Positions 48,130 to 61,195 are shown, numbered from the stretch's first letter. The stretch: DNA of 64,000 bases from Macrostomum lignano (GCA_002269645.1 NIVC01002314.1:62001-126000); one strand, 5' to 3'. Notes: generated by a model not told the origin, from the sequence alone. A program made the numbers and translations.

Positions 48130-48425
48130 TGTAGCTCCTAGTGGTTAGAGCGTCGGACGCACCTCAAAAAGGTCAGGGGTTCGATTCTCGATCCCATTCG
48201 GAAAAATTTGTGCTCTCGAGTGAGGCACTTAACTCTGCATTGCTTCAGTTCACACAGCTGTAAAATGGGTGACAGCATTACGACGTAGCTTGGGTAATTG
48301 AGGCTGGTGTGGCGACCCCCACAGCCGTATGCAGCCTTCAGATGCGCCACGCAATAGCTGCGGCTGAGCTGTCGGTTGCACATCTGGCCATTAGGGCAGG
48401 TGTAATCAATCATAATTATTATGAG
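48130..48425 (+). mobile_element. CORE-type tRNA-derived SINE
   Basis: A box TAGTGGTTAGAGC and B box GGTTCGATTCT, then GGCACTTAACTCTGCATTGCTTCAGTTCACACAGCTGTAAAATGGG resembling the CORE domain. Short (TAA)-like tail. Confidence 0.75.
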
Positions 48426-49659
48426 TACTTTGCAAACATAAAATTTTTAATATCAAAAACATTTTTGTTGTCCTTTGGCTGTAAGTTAATGATATTCCAC
48501 AGAGCTGGTTTTGTTTGGAACAAAAAAGTCAGTTCAGAATGAAAACATTTTTGCAAGCGTAACTAGAAACAATCTAATAAACTACTCGTAGATCATTCAG
48601 AATTTGGTGATGTGACTGGCAGAAGATCTGCTTTGCTTTTAAAGGTAATCAAAGTTATACTTATCAAAAGGACTTTTCTTTTGAAGCAGATTTAGTTGTA
48701 TACGAGCGGAACTCCTCCGTTGGAGGAGAAAGGAGATAAAACTCCCATCGCCAGAATTTCTATAGCCTATAGCACTTACAGATAGTTTTTCTACCTATTA
48801 AAAGTTGTCCCATAAAATTGAGCTAAAACTAAATATGTTTAGTTAAATCTATCTCTCACTTTACTTTGCCCCCTTCATGAAAATTATGACCTTGTAAAGT
48901 CAGCTGTAGTTCTCTCTGGCATGGCAGTCAGTTTTCTATGTGCCTCTTCAGAGAACAAAAGGTATATTTTTACATGTAAGAGAGTAGAATTTGCGTCAAA
49001 CTCGATCCCAGTCGCAGTTGTGTTCTAAAAATATTTTTCCGATAGCTTGGAGCAAAAGAATGGGACAGACTGCATGAGACAGAAAACCTCGTTCTGCAGC
49101 TTAATGCAAAATTGCAGAGGGGAGAAAGCAACTGAAAAATGATATGCTTTATTGTAAGATGCAGGAAAAAGTCAGACGCAAGACACAGAAGAGCACGAAA
49201 TGAGTCTAATTTGAAGAGAGCTCGGAGCTCTACTATAGTATTAGATTTCTCTGTTCTATATTAGTTTCACAGCAGGGTTCCTACCTGCGCTGCTTATAAT
49301 TAGGGCGGTCGTGCCAACTCCAAAAGTTTTTTCCATGCAGCGTCTCAGAATTCTGACGGATCAGCCCGTCAGACGGCTCGAAATGATGGTGCGAGCTGCA
49401 TTAATAACCTTCTTGCTTGCGTAATAACACGACTGTAAAGATGAAATTCTTGGCACAAATATGCAATCGCTTGTAGTAATGATCGGCTGTGTTCATGCAC
49501 TGATGAAAGACCTTTCCATTGTGACAGAAATAGATTAGCTAATTGTAGTGGAAAGCGGATGGATAGAGATGCAAAAGAAAGATGGCGAAATGGAGAAGGT
49601 AGAAGATTGTGGAAGTAAGAGTCGGAGAGGAAGACCAAAACCAAAGGGGAGTGAAAAGA

Positions 49660-50610
49660 AGGAGAGGTAGACACAGGAAGGAGAGAAGAGACAGGAAGAA
49701 GAGAGAGACAGGAGAGGGAGAGACAGGAGAGAGAGAGAGACAGGGGAAGGAGAGAGACAGGAAGGAGAGGGAGAGATAGGAAGAAGGCAGGAAGGAGAGA
49801 GGGGCAGGAGAGGAGAGACAGGAAGAAGGCAGGAAGGAGAGAAGAGACAGGAGAGAGAGAAAGGAAGGAGAGAGGGGCAGGAGAGGAGAGACAGGAAGAA
49901 GGCAGGAAGGAGAGAAGAGACAGGAGAGAGAGAAAGGAAGGAGAGAGGGGCAGGAGAGGAGAGACAGGAAGAAGGCAGGAAGGAGAGAAGAGACAGGAGA
50001 GAGAGAAAGGAAGGAGAGAGGGGCAGGAGAGGAGAGACAGGAAGAAGGCAGGAAGGAGAGAAGAGACAGGAGAGAGAGAAAGGAAGGAGAGAGGGGCAGG
50101 AGAGGAGAGACAGGAAGAAGGCAGGAAGGAGAGAAGAGACAGGAGAGAGAGAAAGGAAGGAGAGAGGGGCAGGAGAGGAGAGACAGGAAGAAGGCAGGAA
50201 GGAGAGAAGAGACAGGAGAGAGAGAAAGGAAGGAGAGAGGGGCAGGAGAGGAGAGACAGGAAGAAGGCAGGAAGGAGAGAAGAGACAGGAGAGAGAGAAA
50301 GGAAGGAGAGAGGGGCAGGAGAGGAGAGACAGGAAGAAGGCAGGAAGGAGAGAAGAGACAGGAGAGAGAGAAAGGAAGGAGAGAGGGGCAGGAGAGGAGA
50401 GACAGGAAGAAGGCAGGAAGGAGAGAAGAGACAGGAGAGAGAGAAAGGAAGGAGAGAGGGGCAGGAGAGGAGAGACAGGAAGAAGGCAGGAAGGAGAGAA
50501 GAGACAGGAGAGAGAGAAAGGAAGGAGAGAGGGGCAGGAGAGGAGAGACAGGAAGAAGGCAGGAAGGAGAGAAGAGACAGGAGAAAGGGCAGAGACAGGG
50601 AGATAAGGGA
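49660..50610. repeat. 73-bp polypurine satellite
   Basis: About 11 near-perfect copies (period 73, e.g. 49861 vs 49934). The plus strand is A/G except the C in CAGG. Confidence 0.95.
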
Positions 50611-51405
50611 GGCAGTGGAAAAGGGTCCAAGTACGGTATAAAGACAAGAGCGGCAGTGAAAGCAGGCATGATATATACTCGTAGAAAAGCAAGCAATGCT
50701 CAGAAAGCGAAGAATCCATTTAGGATAGAAGCAAAAAAGCAACAGGAATGTTTTCACAATACTGACATTGCTCTAACCTGCCCTGATGCTCGAATCATAG
50801 TGAGCAATGCAAAAAAACTGCTGATGCCCGATCGAATGCGGGAGCCCCTATTTCTCCGGCTGAAGTCACATGGGAAATTCGATGAAAAAATCAGTTACTC
50901 GACAGTGCAGGGGCACTGAGGGGCGGTTCACGTCGTCGCAGAAATTTCCCGAATGCACTAATAAGTCTTCTGCTTGTTTAAGGTAAAAAAGCAAAAACAT
51001 CCTGCTGCCTTTCTCAAATATTAATTCGTTGCTCGTTTGAATTAATTTTTATAAAAATCGGCTACGGATGTGATTAATCATTCGACAATCCACTTCTACA
51101 GGTTCATCTTTCAATCAGGCAAATTGCCTAGCACCCAAGGAGGAAAATTCTCGAATCCTTAAAAACTGTTTTAATTTCCAAATTGTTGATTTAATGACAG
51201 TTTTTTATAAGTACCTGGGATTGGCTGGATAGAATACGCTCGTACGCTCGCGATTTTGAAGGAATCAAATGAAGGCGGTTTTATAGGTTTTATAGATTTG
51301 GTTGACAGTGATGTAAGAGCTTTTGTTGGAAAAGATGAAGCAGAGGATTCATAAGAATCCGGCGTAGGCACGAGTTTTAATTGGTGGGTGACATTTGAGG
51401 GACCA

Positions 51406-53523
51406 GGGGCTTTAGCACCAAGGGGCTTTAGCACCAAGGGGCTTTAGCACCAAGGGGGCTTTAGCACCAAGGGGCGCCAGCACCAAGGGGCTTTAGCACC
51501 AAGGGGGCTTTAGCACCAAGGGGCGCCAGCACCAAGGGGCTTTAGCACCAAGGGGCTTTAGCACCAAGGGGCTTTAGCACCAAGGGGCTTTAGCACCAAG
51601 GGGCTTTAGCACCAAGGGGCTTTAGCACCAAGGGGCTTTAGCACCAAGGGGGCTTTAGCACCAAGGGGCTTTAGCACCAAGGGGCTTTAGCACCAAGGGG
51701 CTTTAGCACCAAGGGGCTTTAGCACCAAGGGGCTTTAGCACCAAGGGGGCTTTAGCACCAAGGGGCGCCAGCACCAAGGGGCGCCAGCACCAAGGGGCTT
51801 TAGCACCAAGGGGCTTTAGCACCAAGGGGCTTTAGCACCAAGGGGCTTTAGCACCAAGGGGCTTTAGCACCAAGGGGCTTTAGCACCAAGGGGCTTTAGC
51901 ACCAAGGGGCTTTAGCACCAAGGGGCTTTAGCACCAAGGGGCTTTAGCACCAAGGGGGCTTTAGCACCAAGGGGCTTTAGCACCAAGGGGCTTTAGCACC
52001 AAGGGGCTTTAGCACCAAGGGGCTTTAGCACCAAGGGGGCTTTAGCACCAAGGGGCGCCAGCACCAAGGGGCGCCAGCACCAAGGGGCGCCAGCACCAAG
52101 GGGCTTTAGCACCAAGGGGCTTTAGCACCAAGGGGCTTTAGCACCAAGGGGCTTTAGCAACAAGGGGCTTTAGCACCAAGGGGCTTTAGCACCAAGGGGC
52201 TTTAGCACCAAGGGGGCTTTAGCACCAAGGGGCGCCAGCACCAAGGGGCTTTAGCACCAAGGGGGCTTTAGCACCAAGGGGCGCCAGCACCAAGGGGCTT
52301 TAGCACCAAGGGGCTTTAGCACCAAGGGGCTTTAGCACCAAGGGGCTTTAGCACCAAGGGGGCTTTAGCACCAAGGGGCTTTAGCACCAAGGGGCTTTAG
52401 CACCAAGGGGCTTTAGCACCAAGGGGCTTTAGCACCAAGGGGCTTTAGCACCAAGGGGCTTTAGCACCAAGGGGGCTTTAGCACCAAGGGGCTTTAGCAC
52501 CAAGGGGCTTTAGCACCAAGGGGCTTTAGCACCAAGGGGCTTTAGCACCAAGGGGCTTTAGCACCAAGGGGCTTTAGCACCAAGGGGCTTTAGCACCAAG
52601 GGGCTTTAGCACCAAGGGGCTTTAGCACCAAGGGGCTTTAGCACCAAGGGGCTTTAGCACCAAGGGGCTTTAGCACCAAGGGGCTTTAGCACCAAGGGGC
52701 TTTAGCACCAAGGGGCTTTAGCACCAAGGGGCTTTAGCACCAAGGGGCTTTAGCACCAAGGGGCTTTAGCACCAAGGGGCTTTAGCACCAAGGGGCTTTA
52801 GCACCAAGGGGCTTTAGCACCAAGGGGCTTTAGCACCAAGGGGCTTTAGCACCAAGGGGCTTTAGCACCAAGGGGCTTTAGCACCAAGGGGCTTTAGCAC
52901 CAAGGGGCTTTAGCACCAAGGGGCTTTAGCACCAAGGGGCTTTAGCACCAAGGGGCTTTAGCACCAAGGGGCTTTAGCACCAAGGGGCTTTAGCACCAAG
53001 GGGCTTTAGCACCAAGGGGCTTTAGCACCAAGGGGCTTTAGCACCAAGGGGCTTTAGCACCAAGGGGCTTTAGCACCAAGGGGCTTTAGCACCAAGGGGC
53101 TTTAGCACCAAGGGGCTTTAGCACCAAGGGGCTTTAGCACCAAGGGGCTTTAGCACCAAGGGGCTTTAGCACCAAGGGGCTTTAGCACTAAGGGGCGCCA
53201 GCACCAAGGGGCTTTAGCACCAAGGGGCTTTAGCACCAAGGGGCTTTAGCACCAAGGGGCTTTAGCACCAAGGGGCTTTAGCACCAAGGGGCTTTAGCAC
53301 CAAGGGGCTTTAGCACCAAGGGGCGCCAGCACCAAGGGGCGCCAGCACCAAGGGGCGCCAGCACCAAGGGGCGCCAGCACCAAGGGGCGCCAGCACCAAG
53401 GGGCGCCAGCACCAAGGGGCGCCAGCACCAAGGGGCGCCAGCACCAAGGGGCGCCAACACCAAGGGGCGCCAGCACCAAGGGGCTTTAGCATCAAGGGGC
53501 GCCAGCACCAAGGGGCTTTAGCT
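51406..53523 (+). repeat. About 2.1-kb array of 17-bp GCACCAAGGGGCTTTA(G) mixed with 16-bp GCACCAAGGGGCGCCA
   Basis: Direct periodicity; the 16-bp variant is identical to the unit at 31579. Confidence 0.97.
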
Positions 53524-54623
53524 CAAGGTGCCCTCAAAGCTGCTTACAAGGAGCACCAAAAATTTTTGCTTGCCCACTCACTTAAAGTCTGCTTTTTGCA
53601 AAAAAAGCTGACCCAAAATGACGATTAAAACTTTGTATTTCAAGATAACGAGAGGGTAGTTTATAAATGTTCTTAATAGCCTACTTTAAGTAGAAAATAA
53701 TGATATAGAGTCCCTGGATGAAAGTAAGTCAAAAATGCTCGTAAAATGTCCATTCAGGCCAGGGGTTAAGAAAGCAACATCCGTCCTAGTTAGCTTAGTA
53801 TTGTATTCGTATAGCACCTATGCATATCGCTGCGATACAGTGCCGCGTTGGTAACTCTGATTGCTGTGATCTTGAACTTGACAACTTGCGGTTTAAGCTA
53901 AATTATGAGGATTGAGGAAATGAGGGTTATGAGGAATTACGAGATTGTTTGTATTAACTATTAAATTACGGCTACAGTAATATGGATTATTGATAAGACC
54001 GCAGTACTACGCTTGTATACTGCAACTGCAAGCCACTTCTCCTACATAGACTGCATTGTATTTGCGCCAGAAAAGCAAATTTTCAAGCCAATTAACAATT
54101 ATGATAGCTACTAAATTAGACAAATTAAGCGCTTTTCAAAACCAGCATAGGACGTGACATGAAGCGTTAGGACTTAAGATACTGAACAGTGTAGTGCAAT
54201 GCATGAATCGCAATTAGAGAGACGAGCTGTAAATGGAAGGCTGAATTACTGCAACGGGGCCCGGTCGTTGGGCCGTGGGAGCGAGGTGGATAATGTACAG
54301 TGCTAGGAAAGAAATTAATGCAGGGGTCGGGTCATGGGCCTGGTGTACATTAAGGGGACTGGCTGTACATTTATTTGGGGGTTGGGTGTACACCGGCGCT
54401 GGGCGGCGAGGAGTGGAAGAGAGAGAAATTAGACAAGAAAAGCGTGGGCCTGCCCTGTGCGCAACCAAAGCAGACATTTTATTTGCAAAAGTGCAAAGCT
54501 GAGAGAAATTATAATCAGAGACACAGAGGCTCGCTGTCTTAAATAGGCTCAAGAACAAGCTAAAACTTTAAGGCTGAGAACTGGGCCTTGGCTTTTCTAT
54601 AGAACGCTATTATTATTATCATT

Positions 54624-57058
54624 ATGAGTTTCCTAAGCAACACGCTATACAATTTAAACCAGTATATCCGAGAACGGCTGGGACACTCCAGGGAGGCCAG
54701 CGGTCAGCGACTGTCGCATCAGCAGAGCCTGACAGAAGGAACAGCCGAGGATGCTGCCAGCAGCAGTTCAACTACTGTCGACATTCAAAGCCTGCTACCG
54801 CCAGAGATTCTATTGAACATCTTCGCCTATTTGAACGCCCAGGATCTGTGCTCGTGCGCCTGCGTGTCGCGGCATTTCAATCAGATTGGCTCAGACGAGC
54901 TGTTGTGGCAGTTTCTGCTCAATAGAGACCTGCCAACTTGGTCAAGGCTTAGTCGCGATCGGAATCCTGACTCTTTGATTGGCCAAGTGAGCAGCAAGGA
55001 GGTCTATATTAGGTTTGTACTTTACAATTGATAATTAGCTAACCTTGGGAATCAATCAGATTGGGATCCGGGAATTGGAAGATCTATCAGATTGGGATTC
55101 GGGACTTGGGAATCGATCGGATTGGAATTCGGGACTTGGAAATCGATCGGATTGGAATTTGGGACTTGGGAATCGATCAGATTGGAAGTTGGGACTTGGG
55201 AATCGATCGGATTGGGATTCGGGACTTGGGAATCGATCAGATTGGGCTTTGGGAAACAAAGAATCGACAGTTACTAGTGTCGTATTTTGGTTACATAGTG
55301 ATGAATGGAGCAATTTAATTTCGGATGACCTTAGGCTTCGGAGTTGACGTTTGGCCTTTAGAATGACTTTGTGAGGACATTGGGGTGTAGAACAGTGTAG
55401 AATGACCTTGGGATGAAGAATGACCTTGAAATGGATGATGACCTTGGAATGGATGATAACCTTGAGTTGAGATGGATGATGACATTGGAGTGGATTAACT
55501 TTGGGATTGATATTGACCTGGATAATTTCCCACAAAAAAACTGGCCCACAGGTGCTGCCCCATGGTGCGCCAGAACACCCCGCCAGCAGCCTGGTACCTC
55601 CCCGGCGGCCTCGGCTACGAGCGGGTTCGTCAATATTTATCGAAGCGCTGGAAACGCAACCCGAAATTCGCCCTGCTTGGCTCCGGCATTGAGAGCCGGC
55701 GAACTTCCAAGCTGGTGTACAGCCTGGTGCACAACCGCCTGGGCCAGCAGTTCGAGCCCATCAACATGATCAACGGGGTGGACGGCATCGGGTCCGGCAT
55801 CACCTATCGAATGACGTCAGACGATGGCGGCAGCTACGTCTTCGACTTGCTCACCCTGTACTCCTGCCGGCGCGAGGACCGCGAGAGGCAGCTGGGCGAA
55901 GCGCAACGGGTTCGAGCCAGCATCCTGCTGCAGCTGCAGCCGGCCGCGGGCGGCGCCGATGCCGGAGAAGGGGATCGGGGCGAGGCGACGGCGGGACAGC
56001 AGAGTAGACGGCGGTACCAGGTGCGCCTGCTCTCTGCTGCATCCTCTGCCTACCCGATCCTCTGCCTACCCAATCCTCTGCCTACCCGATCCTCTGCCTA
56101 CCCGATCCTCTGCCTACCCGATCCTCTGCCTACGCGATCCTCTGCCTACGCGATCCTCTGCCTACCCGATCCTCTGCCTACGCGATCCTCTGCCTACCCG
56201 ATCCTCTGCCTACCCGATCCTCGATCTGTCTGTCTACCCGATCCCCTCCCTACCCGATCCTCTGCCTACCCGATCCTCGATCTGTCTGCCTACCCGATCC
56301 TCGATCTGTCTACCTGATACTCTATCTACCCGATCTTCTCCCTGCCCGATCCTCTGCCTACCCGATCCTCGATCTGTCTGTCTATCCGACCCTGTCCCTA
56401 CTCGATCCTCTGCCTACCCGATCCTCGATCTGTCTACCTGATACTCTGTCTACCCGATCCTCGATCTGTCTGTCTACCTGATACTCTCCCTACCTGATTA
56501 TCTGCCTACCCGGTCCTCGATCTGTCTACCTGATACTCTGTCTACCCGATCCTCTGCCTACCCGATCTTCGATCTGTCTGTCTACCTGATACTCTGTCTA
56601 CCCGATCCTCTGCCTACCCGATCTTCGATCTGTCTGGCTACCTGATACTTTGTCTACCTGATCCACTGCCTACCCGATCCTCACCGATCCGCTGTACTTA
56701 ATCTGGAATCCAAATAATCTATCCTGATCGCGCATCTCCACTCCAGGTCATCCCAACGATCACCAGACTCGAACTAGACGGTCTCATCTACACGGTGGAC
56801 GCGGAATCGTCTCCGCAGGAAGTCGCTGAAAGCCAACCAGAGCTTGAGGCCTTCGCCGCGGCCCTGCAGCCGAACCGGCCAGTCTTAGTCCTGCCTCTGA
56901 TAGGCAGATCTGATAATTGTCGCACCGTGAGCTGCATGCAAACTATTCAAGCTTTGAAGCTTGGCCAATTGCCAAATCCTTGGTGCGTGCAAGCGTCAGA
57001 TTCTAGAGAACTGAGCGCTATGGCGCAGAGCCTGGTCTGGATGATGGGGCACACTTAA
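54624..57058 (+). CDS. FBXO4: F-box only protein 4
   Basis: Exons 54624-55012, 55552-56020 and 56747-57058 join in frame. F-box LPPEILLNIFAYL...LLWQFLLNRDLPTWS, then CCP, PKFALLGSGIE, DGIGSG, LLTLYS, RYQVIP..DGLIY, RPVLVL and PWCVQ, matching FBXO4. Confidence 0.93.
55056..55250. repeat. 30-bp minisatellite GGGACTTGGGAATCGATCGGATTGGGATTC in FBXO4 intron 1
   Basis: About 6 copies; a second degenerate about 18-bp array (GGATGATGACCTTG) follows at about 55325-55510. Confidence 0.85.
56033..56690. repeat. 16-bp-based minisatellite CGATCCTCTGCCTACC in FBXO4 intron 2
   Basis: Begins about 12 bp after the donor and degenerates rightwards. Confidence 0.9.
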
Positions 57059-57319
57059 ATCATACAAATTTACATTTTACAGACCGCTTTGTTCTAAATA
57101 CGAGCTATTCTATTGAGTGCCACTCTTGGTAAATACAGATACAAGAAAAATTAGGCATGTCACTCGCAATTAATGTTGTCAAAAGTAGAATGTATACTCT
57201 GATTTCAGTACTTTTTCTGCGCAATGTCACTTAAATGTACTGTCGCAGCTAAAATTTTCATCCTCGGGGTTTGCAACCTTAAGAGCATGGGTTAGGAATG
57301 AAACGACAAGAATTTAACG

Positions 57320-57606
57320 CTCAGCCAATAAGAGTAGTAAGGAGAGAGGTCAAAGTCAGACGGACAAAATTAAGTCTAGGCCTAGGGGGCAGGCCCAATC
57401 TAGCTCAGCCAATGAGAGAGCAGTAAGGAGAGAGGTCAAAGTCAGACGGACAAAACTCAGGCTAGGCCTAGGCCCAATCTAGCTCAGCCAATGAGAGAGC
57501 AGTAAGGAGAGAGGTCAAAGTCAGACGGACAAAACTCAGGCTAGGCCTAGGCCCAATCTAGCTCAGCCAATGAGAGAGCAGTAAGGAGAGAGGTCAAAGT
57601 CAGACG
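57320..57606 (+). repeat. About 80-bp tandem repeat, same family as 13090-13503
   Basis: Shared AGCCAATGAGAGAGCAGTAAGGAGAGAGGTCAAAGTCAGACGG, about 3.5 copies. Confidence 0.9.
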
Positions 57607-58530
57607 GCGGCCAAGAAGGCCCAACTGTTTATTGGCCTGGCTGGGGTCTGGGGCGCCACCGCTTTTCTCTTACTCGCTAGAGAACGCACGGGATTAGGCT
57701 TTTTCAAGTTTTTTTTTGCAATCCAGTCTTAAATTGATCTCTTTATTAAATAATTTCTAGACTCGGTAGTCGGAAAAACGGTAAAAATGCTTGTTTAATG
57801 GTTCTGCTCGTAGAAAGCCGGAGGGAGGCAATTATTGCAGCAGCTTCAAAAACTTTCAAAATCCAATATCTTGTAAAATTTAACGAAATCTTAGTTGTAC
57901 CATTATTACAAAGGCAAAACGCTATTTTTTACCACTAAAAAGAGAAGAGTAGATAAGGCGCATTTTTGCGAGCGACAAATACCCATTCTAGTATCTACGC
58001 TTAACAAACTTAAGTACACTTTTGTCCGGAGTAATAATAAACGAGTAAATAAATGTACTTTTACGCATACACTAAACCACATGTATATGCAATTCTGTAT
58101 CCTGATTGACAGTAAATACATATTCAGGCAATGATGTTGGCTTTATTAAAAATTCACAGTTGTTCTAAATGATTTGCCTTGTCCTGAAAAGCGGGAAACT
58201 TCCGAACCCTAGAAAATCTCGTGCGATTCGCAGCCACGATGGCAGAGTGTACATGTTTCTCAGAAAGGCAGGACCGCTGTACACCCTGTATGAATGCGTG
58301 CCTGCGTACAGCGTTTGGAAAATAATGAAGGCAAGACAAACAATTAAACTTCAAACACAGATTTGCATCCAATAACACTGGTCCGTCTCCGGGGAATAAT
58401 GTCGTCGAAGACACTCGAATATTTTTCAATGACTTGTATTTTTAGCCACGAAAAGAAGCGAGTCCCAACTTAGCATTGAATCTGGGCCGCTCAACAACCT
58501 TGTCCACAGCTACAATTTGATTCGAGTCTC

Positions 58531-58866
58531 TCAGTCGAACAGGCCGAATCCCATGTCGTCATCCTCTGACTCGGACTCCTCTTTCTTCTCCTCTTTCTTG
58601 GCCTCCGGCTTTGCTGCCTCGGCGGCCGCAGCGGGTGCAGCGGCGGCCGGACCAGCGGCGGGCGCGCCAGACGGGACGCTGGCGAGTTTCTTCTGACCGG
58701 CCTCGATCATCTCGTCGATGCTCTTGCCCTTGAGATCGGCGAACAGTTTGTTCAGCCGGTCCTCTTCGCAGTCGATGCCGACTGAGCCGAGGATTTTCTT
58801 CACGGACTCCTTGGTGGGCTCCTGGCCGCTCATTGCGGACAGCAGGAAGGCGGCGATATAGCGCAT
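58531..58866 (-). CDS. RPLP2: 60S acidic ribosomal protein P2, copy 1
   Basis: MRYIAAFLL...KKILGSVGI...[18 protein letters not shown]...[16 protein letters not shown]; intronless CDS. Confidence 0.97.
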   Translation of the reverse strand: MRYIAAFLLSAMSGQEPTKESVKKILGSVGIDCEEDRLNKLFADLKGKSIDEMIEAGQKKLASVPSGAPAAGPAAAAPAAAAEAAKPEAKKEEKKEESESEDDDMGFGLFD

Positions 58867-59836
58867 GGTTGGCTGCTAGGGCTGGAATGCGTTGAAGGGG
58901 AGTTGCCGAGATACCAAGGCTCAATCGGGAAGTTGCATGGCACCTTACGCTGAAGGCCTGGGATCTGCGATGGCGAATGCTTTTTAGAACTCTGCATCTG
59001 CATGCCTTACTCCCAAGAAACCAATAATAATGACTAAACAAGACCTTCGTAAACGTAGCTGTCTGTATTAATATTACTTTACTTGGTGCCGCCCCAGCGG
59101 GGGGTTAAGATTGCTAGTCCAATATACTAAAATAATTAGAGCTTTACATGACAGCACTAACTGGCGTAGCCTGAGCAATATGAGTTCCCAATGAGGTTAG
59201 TTCAAACGATAGTCATCATATACTAAAATGTCTACTTGCTTCCCCGATAATAGACAATTTAAAGTTATACCGATCTATAAAACCATTTAGACTATATATT
59301 GAATGCAATTCAGAGGACTGCTTCAAGGTGAGGTTAGTTCACCACCCTCAACATGAACGATGGGATACAAAACCCGAAATTTTGCACGAATATTTTAATT
59401 CATATTAATTTCGCTCATGGCTGAGTCGAGATAGACTGTAGATGAATTGAATAATTTTTAATTCATTTTATACTCAATTGTTTAAATAAATTTTTATAAC
59501 AGATAAAGATATGGATCATTTTTAAAAAGAAATTTTACCGAAGATTTTGCAGGCATTGTCGATTGTCGTCTCCTGCTAGTAAATAACTAACCTTTTCACA
59601 CTGAGCTAAAACGTTAATAAAGCGATTTATTACTTACTTAACTGAATAAAAAAGTTACAAGTAAAAGACAGTAATATAATTCCATCCGACGCTCTTGAGG
59701 CGCAATATATGCTGAAGTTTGCATTTATTTTTACTATTATTTACTACGATAAAGCAATCTTGCCCCTTAACTAACTCCTTCAGTCCGAGCTATCAACTCA
59801 AAAAAACATTCAAGAAATGCCGCGATGGTTCCGTTC

Positions 59837-60172
59837 TCAGTCAAACAGGCCGAATCCCATGTCGTCATCCTCTGACTCGGACTCCTCTTTCTTCTCCTCT
59901 TTCTTGGCCTCCGGCTTTGCTGCCTCGGCGGCCGCGGCGGGTGCAGCGGCGGCCGGACCAGCGGCGGGCGCGCCAGACGGGACGCTGGCGAGTTTCTTCT
60001 GACCGGCCTCGATCATCTCGTCGATGCTCTTGCCCTTGAGATCGGCGAACAGTTTGTTCAGCCGGTCCTCTTCGCAGTCGATGCCGACTGAGCCGAGGAT
60101 TTTCTTCACGGACTCCTTGGTGGGCTCCTGGCCGCTCATTGCGGACAGCAGGAAGGCGGCGATGTAGCGCAT
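59837..60172 (-). CDS. RPLP2: 60S acidic ribosomal protein P2, copy 2
   Basis: Identical protein; three synonymous differences from copy 1. Confidence 0.97.
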   Translation of the reverse strand: MRYIAAFLLSAMSGQEPTKESVKKILGSVGIDCEEDRLNKLFADLKGKSIDEMIEAGQKKLASVPSGAPAAGPAAAAPAAAAEAAKPEAKKEEKKEESESEDDDMGFGLFD

Positions 60173-61195
60173 GGTTGGCTGCTAGGGCTGTGTAGCTGCA
60201 ACAGATAATTTTGGCAAAATGTTCGCATTATCCTACTGACATTCGATGAATTAAGTAGAGACGTAAGCAAATATCAAGGTAAATTTAATCGCTGAAAATA
60301 CAAAATCTGAATTGCCAAACGACGGACTTTTCAGATGATTTTTAAAAAGCCTAACCGGTATTAAAAATACCGCATAGAATGAAAAACCTAGTGCTTTATG
60401 TCTACTGTCAGTAATATATACGTATCTAATTATTTTCCTAGTTTACATTAAAAATAATTACTCAAAAAATCAAAGCCAGATTTGTCAACAATGCCTTCAT
60501 TATCTGTATTTTTTTCTGAAAAACAACAACGCAACAAATGAACAGATTGCAATGCACGAAACCTTCTACTTACAGCTAGTACTATCATTACAATCATAAT
60601 TTGCTATGGAAAGTCAAGACATGAATGAGCATTTTAGCGCACCGAAAATTGAATGCGCGTAAAAGAAAAAAAATAGACAAGAATAATGCACTAGGATAGA
60701 TTTCCTTGACAACAAGGGGATTCTGCTATGCACAAAAATTTTAGAGATTTTATAGGAGAACAATAAACCCATCTTTGAAGTCTAGTTGTAACCGCACAGA
60801 TATAAATATTAATAACAGTCACAACTTGGCGCATTGGCGGCACAGTTAGACAGAAATATATATATATATGAGCAAAATTGCATCCACTTTGTTATAATAA
60901 AGACGGATAATTTTTAGCGGCGGCAGTCTCTGTTTGTGTGTTTGTGTATCTGTGTGCGCGTGTGTTTGCTGGTGAGCAGAATTCGGACAAGAAAACATAA
61001 CATACCGATACACGAGTGCAGTGCATTTATCAAATAATAAGTAATAAATATTTTCTTACAAAAAATAACATAATGTCAACGTGTCAGTTTTGTCAGAAGT
61101 TTAAGTCAGATAATATATACATCTAAACTTTGATAGAAAGTAATTATATAGAGAGTGACGATAAACTTTCACGCAATATCCTGCGCACTTTAAGG

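Noticed and set aside
49369-50757. 462/394/385-aa Leu/Ser/Pro ORFs
   Set aside because: The pyrimidine strand of a polypurine satellite cannot contain stops; there is no coding evidence.
58154-58429. Small ORFs on both strands downstream of RPLP2
   Set aside because: No recognisable motif or splice support; non-ATG starts.
60905-61140. GCGGCGGCAGTC-(TG)-rich segment resembling a Helentron-associated element
   Set aside because: Single copy in the window, with no subterminal inverted repeats identified.
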